Of a stretch of 36,953 nucleotides of DNA, positions 20,785 through 32,872 are shown piece by piece. The notes under the pieces are model-generated. The model saw only the letters and a list, made by a program, of their open reading frames with translations, was not told the origin of the DNA and searched no databases. Both the position numbers and the translations under genes were made by a program. The DNA is taken from the NCBI GenBank assembly GCA_003166335.1, contig PMWA01000037.1, positions 8,158 to 45,110 of the forward strand, in the 5' to 3' direction. The stretch comes from Methanobacterium sp. (lineage in GTDB: Archaea; Methanobacteriota; Methanobacteria; Methanobacteriales; Methanobacteriaceae). Positions within the stretch are counted from its first letter, which is position 1. The number at the start of each line of letters is the position of its first letter.

Positions 20785-22098
20785 TTAAATTAAAAAATAT
20801 TTTTGGGATGTTTTAATTCGGATTTCACCCTTCAAATTAGTTTGCATTATATTTTTCACTTCATCCAAATCCTGAGTTTGACCTAAAGTCCATACCAGTT
20901 TAACATAGGCTGTCTCTGGTAACATATCCAAAACGGGAAATACTCCAGAGTCTAGAAGTTTACGTCCAGTGCTGTAGACATTCATATTAACTCTTCCGTA
21001 TAGACATTGGGAAGTCATTACCACTGGAATTTCATTATCATTTGCCCGTTGGAGTGCAGGTATCAATTCTTCCGGACAATGCCCTAATCCTGTACCCTCC
21101 AACACTAAACCCTTGAATCCTTTATCAACATAATAATCTATTATATCCGCAGATATACCAGGATAACTCTTTATTAAAGCAACATCCTCTTCCAATGCAT
21201 CATAAATTTTAATTTCATCTTGACTTCTTCTTGTATAATCTATGCTTTTATCCAAAATTTCTAAATTACCATTTTGAATACTAGCAAGAGGCTGAGTGTT
21301 TATGCTGCGAAAAGTATCCCGCCGAGATGTGTGCATCTTCCTAACCTTAGTACCCCGATGCAAATAAGTCTGAGAGTCATTCATAGTGGAATGCATACAC
21401 ACCAAAACTTCAGCTATATCTGATTTTGCAGCTGTAACAGACGCCATCAGATTCAGGAAAGCATCACTAGATGGTCTATCTGAACTCCTCTGTGCGCCTG
21501 TTAAAATTATAGGAACAGGAGTATTTAAGATAAAACTCAATGCTGCTGAAGTGTAATGCATAGTGTCAGTACCATGCGCCACTACAACACCATCAGCACC
21601 ATTATTAACCTCATCAACTATTTTACGAGCGGTTTTAATCCAGTACTCTGGTTTCATGTTCTCGCTTAAAATATTCAATATCGCCTTCCCTTTAATGTTA
21701 GCCAGCTCCAATAGTTCAGGGTTTGCACGTAAAAGGTCATCTGCAGTGAAGGCTGGATGGACAGCGCCAGTTTTATAATCAATTATCGATGCAACCGTTC
21801 CCCCAGTAGATATTATAGATATATCATCCTTATCAGGATCATTCTTTACATCAAGTATAGGTAACTCTATTTTAGGTTTTTCTCCCTTCTCCAAGAGTTC
21901 AACTTTTGCATCAGTTACATCAACACCTACATTATAACCATTATATAATTTAAGCACCAGGTGCTTATCATCCGCTCCTGTGGCCCTATTTAAAACCATA
22001 CCCTTGTATTCTACTTTGTTTTTAGTTATTAAAATAATGTCACCAATAGATATGTCACATGAATCTAAAAATTCCTTACAAACACCTTTGTAACTCAT
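20785..22098 (-). CDS. gatD: Glu-tRNA(Gln) amidotransferase subunit D
   Basis: [34 protein letters not shown] asparaginase-like motifs; start set at ATG 22098 (AGAGGG RBS). Confidence 0.96.
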   Translation of the reverse strand: MSYKGVCKEFLDSCDISIGDIILITKNKVEYKGMVLNRATGADDKHLVLKLYNGYNVGVDVTDAKVELLEKGEKPKIELPILDVKNDPDKDDISIISTGGTVASIIDYKTGAVHPAFTADDLLRANPELLELANIKGKAILNILSENMKPEYWIKTARKIVDEVNNGADGVVVAHGTDTMHYTSAALSFILNTPVPIILTGAQRSSDRPSSDAFLNLMASVTAAKSDIAEVLVCMHSTMNDSQTYLHRGTKVRKMHTSRRDTFRSINTQPLASIQNGNLEILDKSIDYTRRSQDEIKIYDALEEDVALIKSYPGISADIIDYYVDKGFKGLVLEGTGLGHCPEELIPALQRANDNEIPVVMTSQCLYGRVNMNVYSTGRKLLDSGVFPVLDMLPETAYVKLVWTLGQTQDLDEVKNIMQTNLKGEIRIKTSQKYFLI

Positions 22099-22313
22099 AT
22101 AATCCCTCTTAATTTTTACATTCAAAGCTTTTACACTTAATTTTTTGATGAATTTTGAAATATAATATATATTAATATCTGAATATCAAATTACTTTATT
22201 ATTATGAATAATAAAAGAATTTTAAAATTTTTCAGTGAATTAAAAATAGAATATTTAGAAATCATTATAAACCACATATACAATTTGGAATAAAAAAATA
22301 ATATATATAAATT

Positions 22314-23093
22314 TTAATCTTTCCAAACTAAATCTAAACCTATTGGAGCGTGATCAGAGCCCATAACATCTGATAAAATGTAGGAAGATTCTACATGTTC
22401 CATTAATTCAATGTTCACAAAAAAATAATCTAATCTCCAGCCTACATTCCTTTCCCTGGCTTTGGTGCGATAACTCCACCAGCTATATTGATCTGGTTTC
22501 TTATTAAACTCTCTGAAGGTATCTACATATCCTTCACTCAAAAATTTGTTTATCCAAGCTCTTTCTTCTGGTAAGAATCCTGAGATTTTCTCGTTTTCTT
22601 TAGGTCTGGCGATGTCTATTTCTTTATGAGCGGTATTAACGTCTCCACAGACCACTAGGTTTCTCCCTTCATCTTTAAGTGCATTTATGTATTCCAAGAA
22701 TGCATCGTAGAAATCTATCTTGAACTGCAGCCTTTCGGGGGATCTTTTGCCATTGGGAAAGTATATGTTGAATAGAACGAAATCTACATAATCAGCAATT
22801 AATATTCGTCCTTCTCGGTCGAATTCATCAATTCCAAAACCAGTTTTTACTGTTTCTGGCTTTATATTTGTGTAAATAGCCACGCCACTATAACCTTTCC
22901 TATTCGCCTCGGAAAAATAGGTTTGATAACCTTCGATGTTCCTTATATCTGGTGGGAATTGTTTTCGAACTGCTTTTGTTTCTTGAATGCATAAAATATC
23001 TGGTTTTTCGGTAATAAGCCATTTTTTAAAGCCTTTTCTATGAACAGCTCTTATCCCATTTACATTCCAACACCAAATCCTCATTTTCCTCAT
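22314..23093 (-). CDS. xth: Exodeoxyribonuclease III-family AP endonuclease (Mth212-like)
   Basis: [40 protein letters not shown]; start set at ATG 23093 (GAGGA RBS). Confidence 0.94.
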   Translation of the reverse strand: MRKMRIWCWNVNGIRAVHRKGFKKWLITEKPDILCIQETKAVRKQFPPDIRNIEGYQTYFSEANRKGYSGVAIYTNIKPETVKTGFGIDEFDREGRILIADYVDFVLFNIYFPNGKRSPERLQFKIDFYDAFLEYINALKDEGRNLVVCGDVNTAHKEIDIARPKENEKISGFLPEERAWINKFLSEGYVDTFREFNKKPDQYSWWSYRTKARERNVGWRLDYFFVNIELMEHVESSYILSDVMGSDHAPIGLDLVWKD

Positions 23094-23660
23094 TTTATAT
23101 CCTCTCAATATACTATAATCAAATAAAATTTGTGTAGTTTAATTTTTTTTTGTTGAAGATCTTAAAATAATCTATTAAATTTTTAGAAAATGAATATAAT
23201 CATGTTTCTTTCGGATTAAAAAGTTTAAATTATTATATATAGTATTTTATTCTTTGAATTATTTTATACAATTTACTACTTGTTTTGTTTGGAAACAATT
23301 TTAACTATTATTTTTTATTAAATGATAATAAGTTCTTTGAAACATCTCTTCCAGATTTTATATTAATAAATCTTAATCTACCTAAAAACGTGGAAAAAAA
23401 GTTTTAAAAGAAATGAGATGATAATCAAAGAATTAGATGTATGCCTCTAATGATTTTACCACCTCATCATCAGAAGAGGATATGGTTAAAGTTTATTGGA
23501 ATTGTGCTTAATTCTTTTTATAACCAAAACAGTTAATCTGGGTCCTATTTTATTCCATCGAATTTTGACCCAATAGGTCAAACTACCTAGAATTTGTGAG
23601 TTTAAGGAAAGAGAATCAATAGTTTCCATATTTAAGCTTTTTGGTGTCCTGACTTATATT

Positions 23661-23951
23661 TTATGATTTATATTTTTTTTCAAATTTCCTCCATGATCCA
23701 ACTATAGAAGATTCAAATCTTTCCAACTTATTTAATATCGCCTTACGAATAGTAGCGGTATCTATTTCATTTTCACCTTCTAATTCTTTCTCTAAATCAT
23801 CTGTAATTATATCCACTAAAGTTAAATCCTCATTTCCCTCTAAAGTGTAACCCGCATCTATGGCTGCCTTCAACATAGCTCTTTTAAACTTCTCCGGATC
23901 AAATGTTTCTACAGTGCCATCCTTCTTTTTAACTTTTATAACTTCATTCAA
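23661..23951 (-). CDS. Stand-alone ATP-cone domain protein
   Basis: VKKKDGTVETFDPEK...AA and IDTATIR matching the ATP-cone consensus; TTG start after GGGTGA RBS. Confidence 0.85.
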   Translation of the reverse strand: MNEVIKVKKKDGTVETFDPEKFKRAMLKAAIDAGYTLEGNEDLTLVDIITDDLEKELEGENEIDTATIRKAILNKLERFESSIVGSWRKFEKKYKS

Positions 23952-24040
23952 CCAAAATCACCCATTTTTATATTGAAATTGCTAGATAAATCCTTTAATA
24001 ATCTCTGATAATTCTCTTTTAGAAATTTCTTTTAAATTTT

Positions 24041-25483
24041 TTAATTTAAATTTTCCCTAGCCCATTCTGAACCTGCATTTAATATTTCCAGGTTAATTTG
24101 AATCAATTTAGGATTTTTACTGAAAGTGTGTTTAATTGCATCTTTGAAAACTTCTTGAGAAAGTCCTGTAGATTGGATTTGTGCTATAACACCTAACATA
24201 GCAGTATTAGCTGCTTTAACAACTCCAAATTTCTTAGCAATTCTAACAGCAGGTACCCGTATCATTTTAACGTCTTCTTGAGCTTTGAATCCACCTAATT
24301 CAGTATCATAAAGGATAATTCCTCCTTTTTTAACTCGATCAGCGAATTTCTCCAGGGATGGCTCATTCAAAGCCACCAGTAAATCTGATTTATGAGCAGT
24401 GGGTAAATTTATAGTTTCCCCTGATATAACCACCGTACAATCAGATGTTCCTCCACGTTGCTCAGGACCATATGCTGGATAAAAAGAAACATATCGTCTG
24501 GAATTATAAGCAGCTTGAGCCAATGTAAGACCCATACTCATAACACCCTGTCCACCAAAGCCTGATATCTTAATAACCCGCGGAATAAAATCCGAATCAT
24601 GCTGGGCTTCTATATTTTTCTCACCAGAAACCTCAAATATTTCATTAAGTGATTCCTTAGAAAAATCACTGGTACCTCGACAAAGCTTTTCCACTTCATT
24701 ACTCCTGTCCCTAAATTCAACTAATGGAAATTCTTTCATCATCTCTTCATTTAAGAATTTCTGTGCCCCCAAAGCATCTTGTTTAAGGTTAGTGGGGCAA
24801 GGTGACAAAACTTCCACAAAAGCATATCCTTTACCCTCCTTCTGAATCTGTAACGCCTTAATAACAGCTTTTTTAGCTTTTCGTATGTGAAAGGGATCAG
24901 AAAGTGAAACTCTTTCGATATAAACTGGAGCATCAAGATTATTTAATAATTCACACATGTGCAGGGGGTATCCTGCAAATCTTGGATCCCTACCTGTGGG
25001 ACAGGTGACGGTTACTTCTCCCAGCAATGTGGTGGGTGCCATCTGCCCTCCAGTCATCCCATATACGGTGTTATTAATGAAGAACACTGCCAGTTTTTCA
25101 CCCCTATTAGCAGCTTGGATAGTTTCATTAAGACCTATTGATGCTAGATCTCCATCTCCTTGATATAATATCACCACAGCATCGTCTTCAGCCCTAGATA
25201 ATCCAGTCCCGACGGCAGGTGCCCTCCCATGGGCTACCTGAACATGCCCACAGTCAAAATAATAATAAGCAAACACAGCACATCCTACGGGACTAGTCAT
25301 AACTATTCGTTCTTGAATATCCAGTTCAGTAATAGCTTCTGCTATAAGTTTATGCAATATTCCATGTCCACATCCTGGACAGTAATGAGTCGCAGTAGGC
25401 GCACTACCACCTTTCCGTGGGAACTCACTGAGCATGGATGGTGGTTTTCCTATTATCTTATCTTCTAATTCATTATTATTCAT
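24041..25483 (-). CDS. vorA: Ketoisovalerate:ferredoxin oxidoreductase subunit VorA (fused TPP-binding beta + gamma domains)
   Basis: [19 protein letters not shown]...NN TPP motif, YGMTGGQ; C-terminal gamma domain [14 protein letters not shown]. Confidence 0.9.
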   Translation of the reverse strand: MNNNELEDKIIGKPPSMLSEFPRKGGSAPTATHYCPGCGHGILHKLIAEAITELDIQERIVMTSPVGCAVFAYYYFDCGHVQVAHGRAPAVGTGLSRAEDDAVVILYQGDGDLASIGLNETIQAANRGEKLAVFFINNTVYGMTGGQMAPTTLLGEVTVTCPTGRDPRFAGYPLHMCELLNNLDAPVYIERVSLSDPFHIRKAKKAVIKALQIQKEGKGYAFVEVLSPCPTNLKQDALGAQKFLNEEMMKEFPLVEFRDRSNEVEKLCRGTSDFSKESLNEIFEVSGEKNIEAQHDSDFIPRVIKISGFGGQGVMSMGLTLAQAAYNSRRYVSFYPAYGPEQRGGTSDCTVVISGETINLPTAHKSDLLVALNEPSLEKFADRVKKGGIILYDTELGGFKAQEDVKMIRVPAVRIAKKFGVVKAANTAMLGVIAQIQSTGLSQEVFKDAIKHTFSKNPKLIQINLEILNAGSEWARENLN

Positions 25484-26555
25484 GGAAGTTTTCCTCCTTA
25501 CTGTTTACACTAACTTCCCGAATCTTATTCATAATACTATCCACATCCATGAGATTACCTCCCATGCGATTCACCAGTTCAACCGTACGATTGCAGTTTA
25601 TTGCAAGTATAATATCCTCCATCATTTGTCCATTACTCATTTCCACAGATATAAAACTGCATTTTAGTTTTTCTGCTATTTTTTTAAGCTTGTCATTTGG
25701 AAATGGGAATAATGTTTTCAGACGGAAAAGCCCAGTTTTTATACCCTCCTCTCTGGCGAGATCTACTGCGGATCGTGCTATTCTACTGCTTATTCCATAA
25801 GATACTAGGATTATCTCAGCATCATCCACTAAATATTCTTCAAATTCAACTTCATTCTTCTTTATTTCATCATATTTAGTTTGGAGTCTGTAGTTGAAAT
25901 TTTCCAACTGCTCAAAGTTAAGGAATATGGATGTAACAAGATTGTTTTTTGTCTCCATAGTTCCGCATACAGCCCAAGTAACATCTATTTTGGGTTCTAC
26001 TGATTCTATTGGAAATTTGAGGGGTTCAACCATTTGACCCAACACACCATCGGCTAATATAACTACGGGGTTACGATATTTTTCCGCTAATTCAAATGCT
26101 TTCATGGTGAAATCACACATTTCCTGCACTGAATTAGGTGCTAAAACAATGTTACGGTAGTTACCATGCCCACCACCCTTCACCATCTGGGTGTAATCCG
26201 ATTGTTCAGGTCCAATGTTGCCTAATCCAGGTCCAGCTCGCATAATATCTACCACAACACAGGGGAGTTCAGCACCTGCTAAAAATGATATTCCTTCCTG
26301 TTTAAGACTTATCCCTGGGCCAGATGATGCTGTCATTACCCGGTGACCTGCGGCAGAGGCACCGTATACCATATTTATTGCCGCTTCCTCTGATTCAGCC
26401 TGTACAAATTTTCTACCCACAATTGGGAAGTATTTTGAGGCTTCGTGGAGGATTTCAGTGGCAGGAGTGATCGGATAACCGAAGTAACAGTCACAACCAG
26501 CATACATGGCCCCTATTATAATTGCTGTGTTTCCTTTAATTAATTGAGTTGCCAT
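25476..26555 (-). CDS. vorB: Ketoisovalerate:ferredoxin oxidoreductase subunit VorB (alpha type)
   Basis: GN, GYPITP, QAESE, TASSGPG, RAGPGLG; 8-bp overlap with vorA. Confidence 0.92.
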   Translation of the reverse strand: MATQLIKGNTAIIIGAMYAGCDCYFGYPITPATEILHEASKYFPIVGRKFVQAESEEAAINMVYGASAAGHRVMTASSGPGISLKQEGISFLAGAELPCVVVDIMRAGPGLGNIGPEQSDYTQMVKGGGHGNYRNIVLAPNSVQEMCDFTMKAFELAEKYRNPVVILADGVLGQMVEPLKFPIESVEPKIDVTWAVCGTMETKNNLVTSIFLNFEQLENFNYRLQTKYDEIKKNEVEFEEYLVDDAEIILVSYGISSRIARSAVDLAREEGIKTGLFRLKTLFPFPNDKLKKIAEKLKCSFISVEMSNGQMMEDIILAINCNRTVELVNRMGGNLMDVDSIMNKIREVSVNSKEENFHE

Positions 26556-26606
26556 ATAGATTTTTCCTCCAATTAATAGTTATAATAATAAAATTCAGAA
26601 TTTATC

Positions 26607-26870
26607 TTACAATTTATTTTCTTCCCTGTTCTTTCTTTTTATAGGTATATGAACCTCGATAGCTAATGGTTCTGGGCAAGTGTAATAACAGTCACCGCAC
26701 CCTGTGCATCCTTCTCCATCATAGACGACATAGTGGTATCCTCGTGGATTTATATCATTACCTATTTTCAGAACACCTTTTTTACAGGCTAATACACATC
26801 TTTCACAAGCTTTACATTCTAACGTGTTAATTAAGGGATAAGGATTTTTCTTTTTCATGTTTTCAGACAT
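26607..26870 (-). CDS. vorC: 2x[4Fe-4S] ferredoxin-like subunit VorC
   Basis: [11 protein letters not shown] and [12 protein letters not shown] motifs; directly upstream of vorB. Confidence 0.88.
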   Translation of the reverse strand: MSENMKKKNPYPLINTLECKACERCVLACKKGVLKIGNDINPRGYHYVVYDGEGCTGCGDCYYTCPEPLAIEVHIPIKRKNREENKL

Positions 26871-27006
26871 AATTATTCATCTTTCATTTTAGATTTTACT
26901 AATAATAGAAGAAATTCAAATTTTTTTTTATTTATGTTAAAAACATATTTTTTGAAAGAATTTCTAATTTAAAAAACAAATATTAATCAAGAAAAAAAGA
27001 GTTTAT

Positions 27007-28680
27007 TTAAACCTGTTTTTCCTGATCTTTGGTTCTAATTTCTATTCTTCTTATTTTACCGCTGATGGTTTTAGGTAGTTCATCAACAAATTCAATGATT
27101 CTTGGATATTTATAAGGAGCAGTTACCTGTTTAACATGGTTTTGAATCTCTAATTTCAATTCTTCTGATGGTTCATAACCCTTGGCAAGCACTATTGTAG
27201 CTTTCACTACTTGCCCACGTATTGGATGTGGAGTGCCAGTTATAGCGCATTCTAGAACTGCCGGATGGGATATAACGGCGCTTTCCACCTCAAATGGCCC
27301 AATTCTATAACCAGAACTTTTAATAATATCATCATTTCTTCCCACAAACCATAAATAACCATCTTCATCCATCCATGCATTATCTCCAGTGTGAAAATAA
27401 CCTTGATACCATACTTCATCTGTTTTTCTCTGATCACGGTAATATCCGCTGAAAAGACCGGGAGGTTTACCATCTATAGTTTTTATAACTATTTCACCTT
27501 CCTCACCCACATCACATATCTTACCATCTTTATCCATTAATTCTATAAAATATCCAGGTGAGGGTTTTCCCATGGATCCTGGTCTAGGTTTCATCCACGG
27601 GAAATTAGCAACAGATATCACACTTTCTGTTTGACCAAATCCTTCCATCAACTTTAAACCAGTGAATTCATGAAATTTATTATACACTTCTGGATTTAAA
27701 GGTTCTCCTGCGGTTACAGCATATTTAAGAGTTGAAAAATCATATTCAGAAAGGTCCTCCTTAATCAAAAATCGATAAATTGTTGGTGGTGCGCAGAATG
27801 TTGTGACACCATACTTAGATGCTTTCTCTAGCATACGTGCTGCATCAAAGCGTTCATAATCATAGACAAACACGCTGCTTCCTGCAATCCACTGACCATA
27901 AATTTGACCCCACATAGCCTTCGCCCATCCAGTGTCAGCAACAGTGTAATGTAATCCATCTTCCATTACATTCTGCCAATACTTGGCTGTGATGATGTGA
28001 CCCAATGGATAAGTGTTATCATGTTGCACCATTTTAGGAAGTCCTGTGGTGCCTGATGAAAAGTAAACAAATATTGGGTCATCATTTCCCCAATTTAATA
28101 TGGGAGGTTCAAATTTGGATGATGCTTTTTGGATTTCTTCACGGAAATTCAACCATCCTTCCCTTTTTTCATCACCTACGAATGCTTTTATAATATTCAT
28201 TCCATTTAACTGTTTTTGTGCTTCGTCGAAGTATTCCGGAACACCATCTTCACTAATACAAACCACCATCTTGATCCCCGCCTTTTCTACACGGTATACG
28301 ATGTCTTTGGTTTTAAGCATGTGAGTAGCAGGTATTGTTATTGCTCCAATTTTATGCAAGGCTAATATACAGAACCAGAATTCATAACGACTTTTTAAGG
28401 TGAGCATTACTCTGTCACCCTTCTTTATTCCTAATTCTAAAAAGAAGTTAGCTGTTTTATCGCTGTAATCTTTGAGTTCTTTAAAAGTTAAAATTTTTTC
28501 TTCATCATAATCATTGCACCATACTATGGCTATTTTATCTGGATATTGACTGGCGTATTCATCCACCACATTGTAAGCGAAATTAAAGTTTTCAGGTACT
28601 TTAATGATGAAATTTTCTTTAAATTCATTATATGATTCAAATTCTATCTGAGTAACAAACTTGTTGAGTAAAGATGACAT
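27007..28680 (-). CDS. AMP-forming short/branched-chain acyl-CoA synthetase
   Basis: [55 protein letters not shown]. Confidence 0.92.
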   Translation of the reverse strand: MSSLLNKFVTQIEFESYNEFKENFIIKVPENFNFAYNVVDEYASQYPDKIAIVWCNDYDEEKILTFKELKDYSDKTANFFLELGIKKGDRVMLTLKSRYEFWFCILALHKIGAITIPATHMLKTKDIVYRVEKAGIKMVVCISEDGVPEYFDEAQKQLNGMNIIKAFVGDEKREGWLNFREEIQKASSKFEPPILNWGNDDPIFVYFSSGTTGLPKMVQHDNTYPLGHIITAKYWQNVMEDGLHYTVADTGWAKAMWGQIYGQWIAGSSVFVYDYERFDAARMLEKASKYGVTTFCAPPTIYRFLIKEDLSEYDFSTLKYAVTAGEPLNPEVYNKFHEFTGLKLMEGFGQTESVISVANFPWMKPRPGSMGKPSPGYFIELMDKDGKICDVGEEGEIVIKTIDGKPPGLFSGYYRDQRKTDEVWYQGYFHTGDNAWMDEDGYLWFVGRNDDIIKSSGYRIGPFEVESAVISHPAVLECAITGTPHPIRGQVVKATIVLAKGYEPSEELKLEIQNHVKQVTAPYKYPRIIEFVDELPKTISGKIRRIEIRTKDQEKQV

Positions 28681-28794
28681 AATTTTACTCCCTCATTTTA
28701 TTTTTTAAGGCTTATTTTTATTTAATTTAATAGAACAAAATAATTATGAATATTTTATAATTAATATAAAAAATAATTATTTTTTTTATTGGAT

Positions 28795-29349
28795 TTATAG
28801 AACAATTGCTAAAAATTTGGCTGTTTTATTTTCTAAAGCTTCCATAGCATGGCTATAAGAAGAGTCAAAGAATATTGAATCACCCTTATTTAAAATTACT
28901 TCATTATCATGGATATAAAACTTTAAAGAACCTTCTACGACGTAATCAAACTCTTGTCCAGGGTGTGAATTAGTATTAGGCTTGCTAGTATATTGTTGAG
29001 GTTCAACTGTCACGATGAATGGCTCTGCCTTTTTGTGGATGAATTTTTCAGCTAGATTTTCGTAGTGGTACTGTTTCCTTCTTTCCACGTTAACTCCTTT
29101 ATTCTTTCGAGTTACCGTGAAAATGTTCATTCTAGTTTCTTCTCCAGTTAAAAGCAATCCCATATCCACATTCAGTTTATGTGCAATTTCAAAAAGTATA
29201 CTCGCGGGTATGTCAGAGGAAGCATCCTCATACTCAATGTAGATATTTAGGGGAATATTTAAATACTCCGCCATTTCTTCTTTGCTAATTTCAGATAATT
29301 CCCTTAATTCTGAAATTCGTTGAGCTATTTCCTTAATTTTTTCCTTCAT
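28795..29349 (-). CDS. XRE-family HTH + cupin transcriptional regulator
   Basis: N-terminal HTH_3-like region (RISELRE...EMAEYLNI...YE), C-terminal cupin [12 protein letters not shown]...[12 protein letters not shown]. Confidence 0.9.
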   Translation of the reverse strand: MKEKIKEIAQRISELRELSEISKEEMAEYLNIPLNIYIEYEDASSDIPASILFEIAHKLNVDMGLLLTGEETRMNIFTVTRKNKGVNVERRKQYHYENLAEKFIHKKAEPFIVTVEPQQYTSKPNTNSHPGQEFDYVVEGSLKFYIHDNEVILNKGDSIFFDSSYSHAMEALENKTAKFLAIVL

Positions 29350-29744
29350 TTATTACACCAATATGTTTTAAGGTTAATAATTCAAATTAAATGATGTAAA
29401 AGTATTTTTATTTTAAATTTATCAATTGTGTTTATTATATTTTAATTCTATTTTTTTCTTTTTATATTCAAAAATAAAAAATTATTTTAGATATCAAAAA
29501 ATTTTGTGTATGATTTGGTTTAAAAATAATCTAATATATAATGATTGTTAATGATAAATTGTTTGAAATTATTTTAATATATATTTCTAAATATAATAAT
29601 AATTTATACTAAAAAAGATTAGATATTATTGTAGAAATAAAAAGAAATATACGAGAACCCAGAAAGAATAAGTCACTTGTATAAAATTATTTCTGTAAAC
29701 TTAAACGAATTTCGGTAAAAAAATATTCTGAGGGAACATTTTTC

Positions 29745-31787
29745 ATGAACATTTACGCTTTAACTTCCCTTATAGCAGCAGTAATATGCTTTTTCATAGG
29801 TAATTTTATTTATTATAAAAATCCAGAAAATCAGTTGAACAAATTAGTAGCCATCCTATCGATCTTAGTAGCTTTTTTAGCCTTCACCGAATTCGGATAT
29901 CGTCAAGCAGAAACGGTTACTACTGCCATATTCTGGTTGAAGTTAAGTGCATTGTGGCCTATTGTACCAGCAATTCTAATAAACATATCTCTAGTATTTA
30001 CTGGTAGAAAAGAACTGTTTAAACATAAATTAACTTATTTTTTAATTTATACACCAGCATTCATTATTACAGTCGTAGGATTAGGAACTAGTCCAATCCC
30101 AGTCCATGAATATTGGGGCTGGACCTATAGTTTAAATCCTATAACACCATTCTTCGCAATTTTGAGTATTTGGAGTATTTTTGGAGGAATATTAACTTCT
30201 TTACTCATTTTAACATATTATTTCGATACAAAAGAAGAATTAGAGAAAAAACAAACCAAATACATTTTTTTAGGCCTCTTTGCACCTTTAATATTCAGTC
30301 TAAGCACTGACTTGATTTTACCATTATCATCTATACGAATCCCAGAGTTAACAATGACCAGCATCACCGTTGGTTTAATATTTATTGCTTATGGCATATG
30401 GAGATACCGTTTCCCAGTATTAACCCCCGCTATGGCTGCCGATAAAATAATATCAACCATGTCCAACTTTCTAATCATATTAAACATCCAAAAAAAGATC
30501 TTACTAGTCAACCAAAGTGCATTAAATCTACTAAAATACTCGAAAGAAGAATTAATAGGTAAACCCTCGGAATTGATCTTCAACACAGGGAAGCAAGAAG
30601 AGGAATTATTCCAAAATATAAATCTAAATGAAATTGGGATAATAAAAACATTTGAAACCACAATTAAAACTAAAAAAAATGAATTTAAACCAGTTTTAAT
30701 GTCTGTATCCATAATTAAAATCAGCGAAAAAGAACCTTTAGGTTTAGTGTGTATTGGAAGCGATCTAACAGAAGAAAAGGAAATAAAGAAAGCATTAGAA
30801 GAATCAGAAAGACTATACTCCACATTGGTTAAAACAGACCCTGATTCCATCATCACCACCGATCTAGATGGGAAAATAGTTTACGCCTCACAACACACAC
30901 TACTATTGTATGGTTTCGAAGATTCCCATGAATTGATAGGGAAAACTATTTTCGACCTAATAGTACCTGAGTGCCAAGAAAAAGCTAAAAATGATCTGAA
31001 AAAAACTCTCAATGAGGACATCATAAGAAATTTAGAATATAAATTACTCAAAAAAAATGGAACACAATTCATAGGAGAATGGAACATTGCCCTAATTAGA
31101 GATTTACAAGAAAATCCTGCAGCATTCATGACCACAGCTAGGGATATAACTCACCATAAGAATATTGAAAAAAAGATGCAAGCATCTCTCCAAGAGAAAG
31201 ATGTTCTTTTAAAGGAAATACATCATCGAGTGAAAAATAATCTTCAAATAATCTCAAGTCTACTTAATCTCCAATCGATGTATATCGATGATAAAGAAGC
31301 TTTTAATGTTTTTAAAGAAAGTCAGGATCGTGTTAAATCAATGGCCATCGTTCATGAGAAACTTTATCAATCCGACAATTTTGCAGAAATTAATTTCTCT
31401 GAATACTTAAAAAACTTAGCATCTAGCATTTATAGCTCTTATGGAGTCGATATGGGTATTATAAAGCTGAAAATAAGTGGGGATAATACATCCCTAGATA
31501 TAAATAATGCTATTCCCTGTGGTCTAATGATTAACGAATTATTAACCAATGCTATAAAGCATGCATTCCCCCAAGGGAGATTAGGAGAAATAAACATTGA
31601 TTTCCATAAAAAAAATAATGAATATATTTTAACTGTGCAAGATAATGGTATAGGTCTTCCAAGAGATTTAGACCTCGAAAAAACTGAATCATTAGGCATG
31701 CGATTAATAAACAGTTTAGTATCACAATTAGATGGAAAACTTGAAGTTACATCCAATAATGGAACCAAATTTAAAATCATATTTTGA
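29745..31787 (+). CDS. Sensor histidine kinase: 7TM N-terminus, two PAS domains, HisKA_2 + HATPase
   Basis: About seven hydrophobic segments in the first ~220 aa; PAS-like VNQSALNLLKYSKEELIG and LYGF...ELIGK; EIHHRVKNNLQ H-box; NELLTNAIKHAF; DNGIG. Confidence 0.93.
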   Translation: MNIYALTSLIAAVICFFIGNFIYYKNPENQLNKLVAILSILVAFLAFTEFGYRQAETVTTAIFWLKLSALWPIVPAILINISLVFTGRKELFKHKLTYFLIYTPAFIITVVGLGTSPIPVHEYWGWTYSLNPITPFFAILSIWSIFGGILTSLLILTYYFDTKEELEKKQTKYIFLGLFAPLIFSLSTDLILPLSSIRIPELTMTSITVGLIFIAYGIWRYRFPVLTPAMAADKIISTMSNFLIILNIQKKILLVNQSALNLLKYSKEELIGKPSELIFNTGKQEEELFQNINLNEIGIIKTFETTIKTKKNEFKPVLMSVSIIKISEKEPLGLVCIGSDLTEEKEIKKALEESERLYSTLVKTDPDSIITTDLDGKIVYASQHTLLLYGFEDSHELIGKTIFDLIVPECQEKAKNDLKKTLNEDIIRNLEYKLLKKNGTQFIGEWNIALIRDLQENPAAFMTTARDITHHKNIEKKMQASLQEKDVLLKEIHHRVKNNLQIISSLLNLQSMYIDDKEAFNVFKESQDRVKSMAIVHEKLYQSDNFAEINFSEYLKNLASSIYSSYGVDMGIIKLKISGDNTSLDINNAIPCGLMINELLTNAIKHAFPQGRLGEINIDFHKKNNEYILTVQDNGIGLPRDLDLEKTESLGMRLINSLVSQLDGKLEVTSNNGTKFKIIF

Positions 31788-31921
31788 ATTATTTAACATT
31801 TTTACAATATATAGTCAAAAAATCGTAAGAATTTTTTTAAATGATTTAAAAATTCATAATATCTAAAATTAAGAGTTAATTTTGAAATAAATATAAATGA
31901 AATTTTTAGGAGGGATTTAAA

Positions 31922-32410
31922 CTGAATCTGAAAATTATAATCGTCAAATTAGAATCTCCAGAAGACTGTAACATGATACTAGGGCAGAGTCATTTTATAA
32001 AAACCGTGGAAGATCTTTATGAGGCTATTTACAATACTGTTCCCCAAGCAGAGTTTGGTATAGCCTTTGCTGAAGCTTCAGGTGAATGTTTAGTTAGATC
32101 GGCAGGTAACAATAAGGAATTAAAGATACTTGCATCTCAAAAAATATTGGACTTAGCATGTGGTCACTCTTTCCTGATATTTCTTAAAAATGCCTTTCCC
32201 ATAAACATCACTCAACGCATAAAAAGCGTTCCTGAAGTTGTAAATTTGTATTGTGTCACGGGGAATCCAGTTGAAGTGATAATTGCGGAGACCATGCAGG
32301 GCCGGGGGATAATGGGAGTAATAGATGGATCAAGTCCTCAGAAAATTGAATCTGAAAATGATGTGATTGGCCGGCAGAAATTTCTGAGGGATATTGGTTA
32401 CAAATTCTGA
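31922..32410 (+). CDS. Adenosine-specific kinase family protein (DUF355-type)
   Basis: [51 protein letters not shown]; start extended to CTG 31922 (see findings). Confidence 0.85.
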   Translation: MNLKIIIVKLESPEDCNMILGQSHFIKTVEDLYEAIYNTVPQAEFGIAFAEASGECLVRSAGNNKELKILASQKILDLACGHSFLIFLKNAFPINITQRIKSVPEVVNLYCVTGNPVEVIIAETMQGRGIMGVIDGSSPQKIESENDVIGRQKFLRDIGYKF

Positions 32411-32536
32411 GCATTGAAAAATTTTTTTATTAAAGGAAAAAAATTTGTTTTCAAAAAAAAATTTATAGTGGGATAACTAAAATAATATTATAAAAAATTT
32501 GTAGATAATTTATAAAAAATTTAAAGAGGTAGTTTT

Positions 32537-32860
32537 ATGGTGGAAGCAGTTATGAAATTCCGGCGAAGTAGCGGAAGTAAAATGAAAGATAAAGAATTTC
32601 TTGAAGTAAGTGAAAACAAAATAAGTATGCAGAATAGTCGTGAAAATGCTTTGATAATTTCCTTTAAATCTTCTAAAAAGGAATCCACAGACATATATCA
32701 ATTTTTTGATAATTTTGATGAATTAGAGTCAGTATTTGTGGATATTGCCAATGCAGGGGATGTAGAATATTATTTTCGTGGCATATCACCAATAACTGAA
32801 TTAACTGAAGGAAATCAGAGTTTCAGCGTTACACTACAGTTGCGGCGAGAATTTCTTTAA
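32537..32860 (+). CDS. Hypothetical protein
   Basis: 107-aa ORF with GAGGT RBS, converging on afpA; protein-like composition. Confidence 0.7.
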   Translation: MVEAVMKFRRSSGSKMKDKEFLEVSENKISMQNSRENALIISFKSSKKESTDIYQFFDNFDELESVFVDIANAGDVEYYFRGISPITELTEGNQSFSVTLQLRREFL

Positions 32861-32872
32861 ACTCCAAATGCC

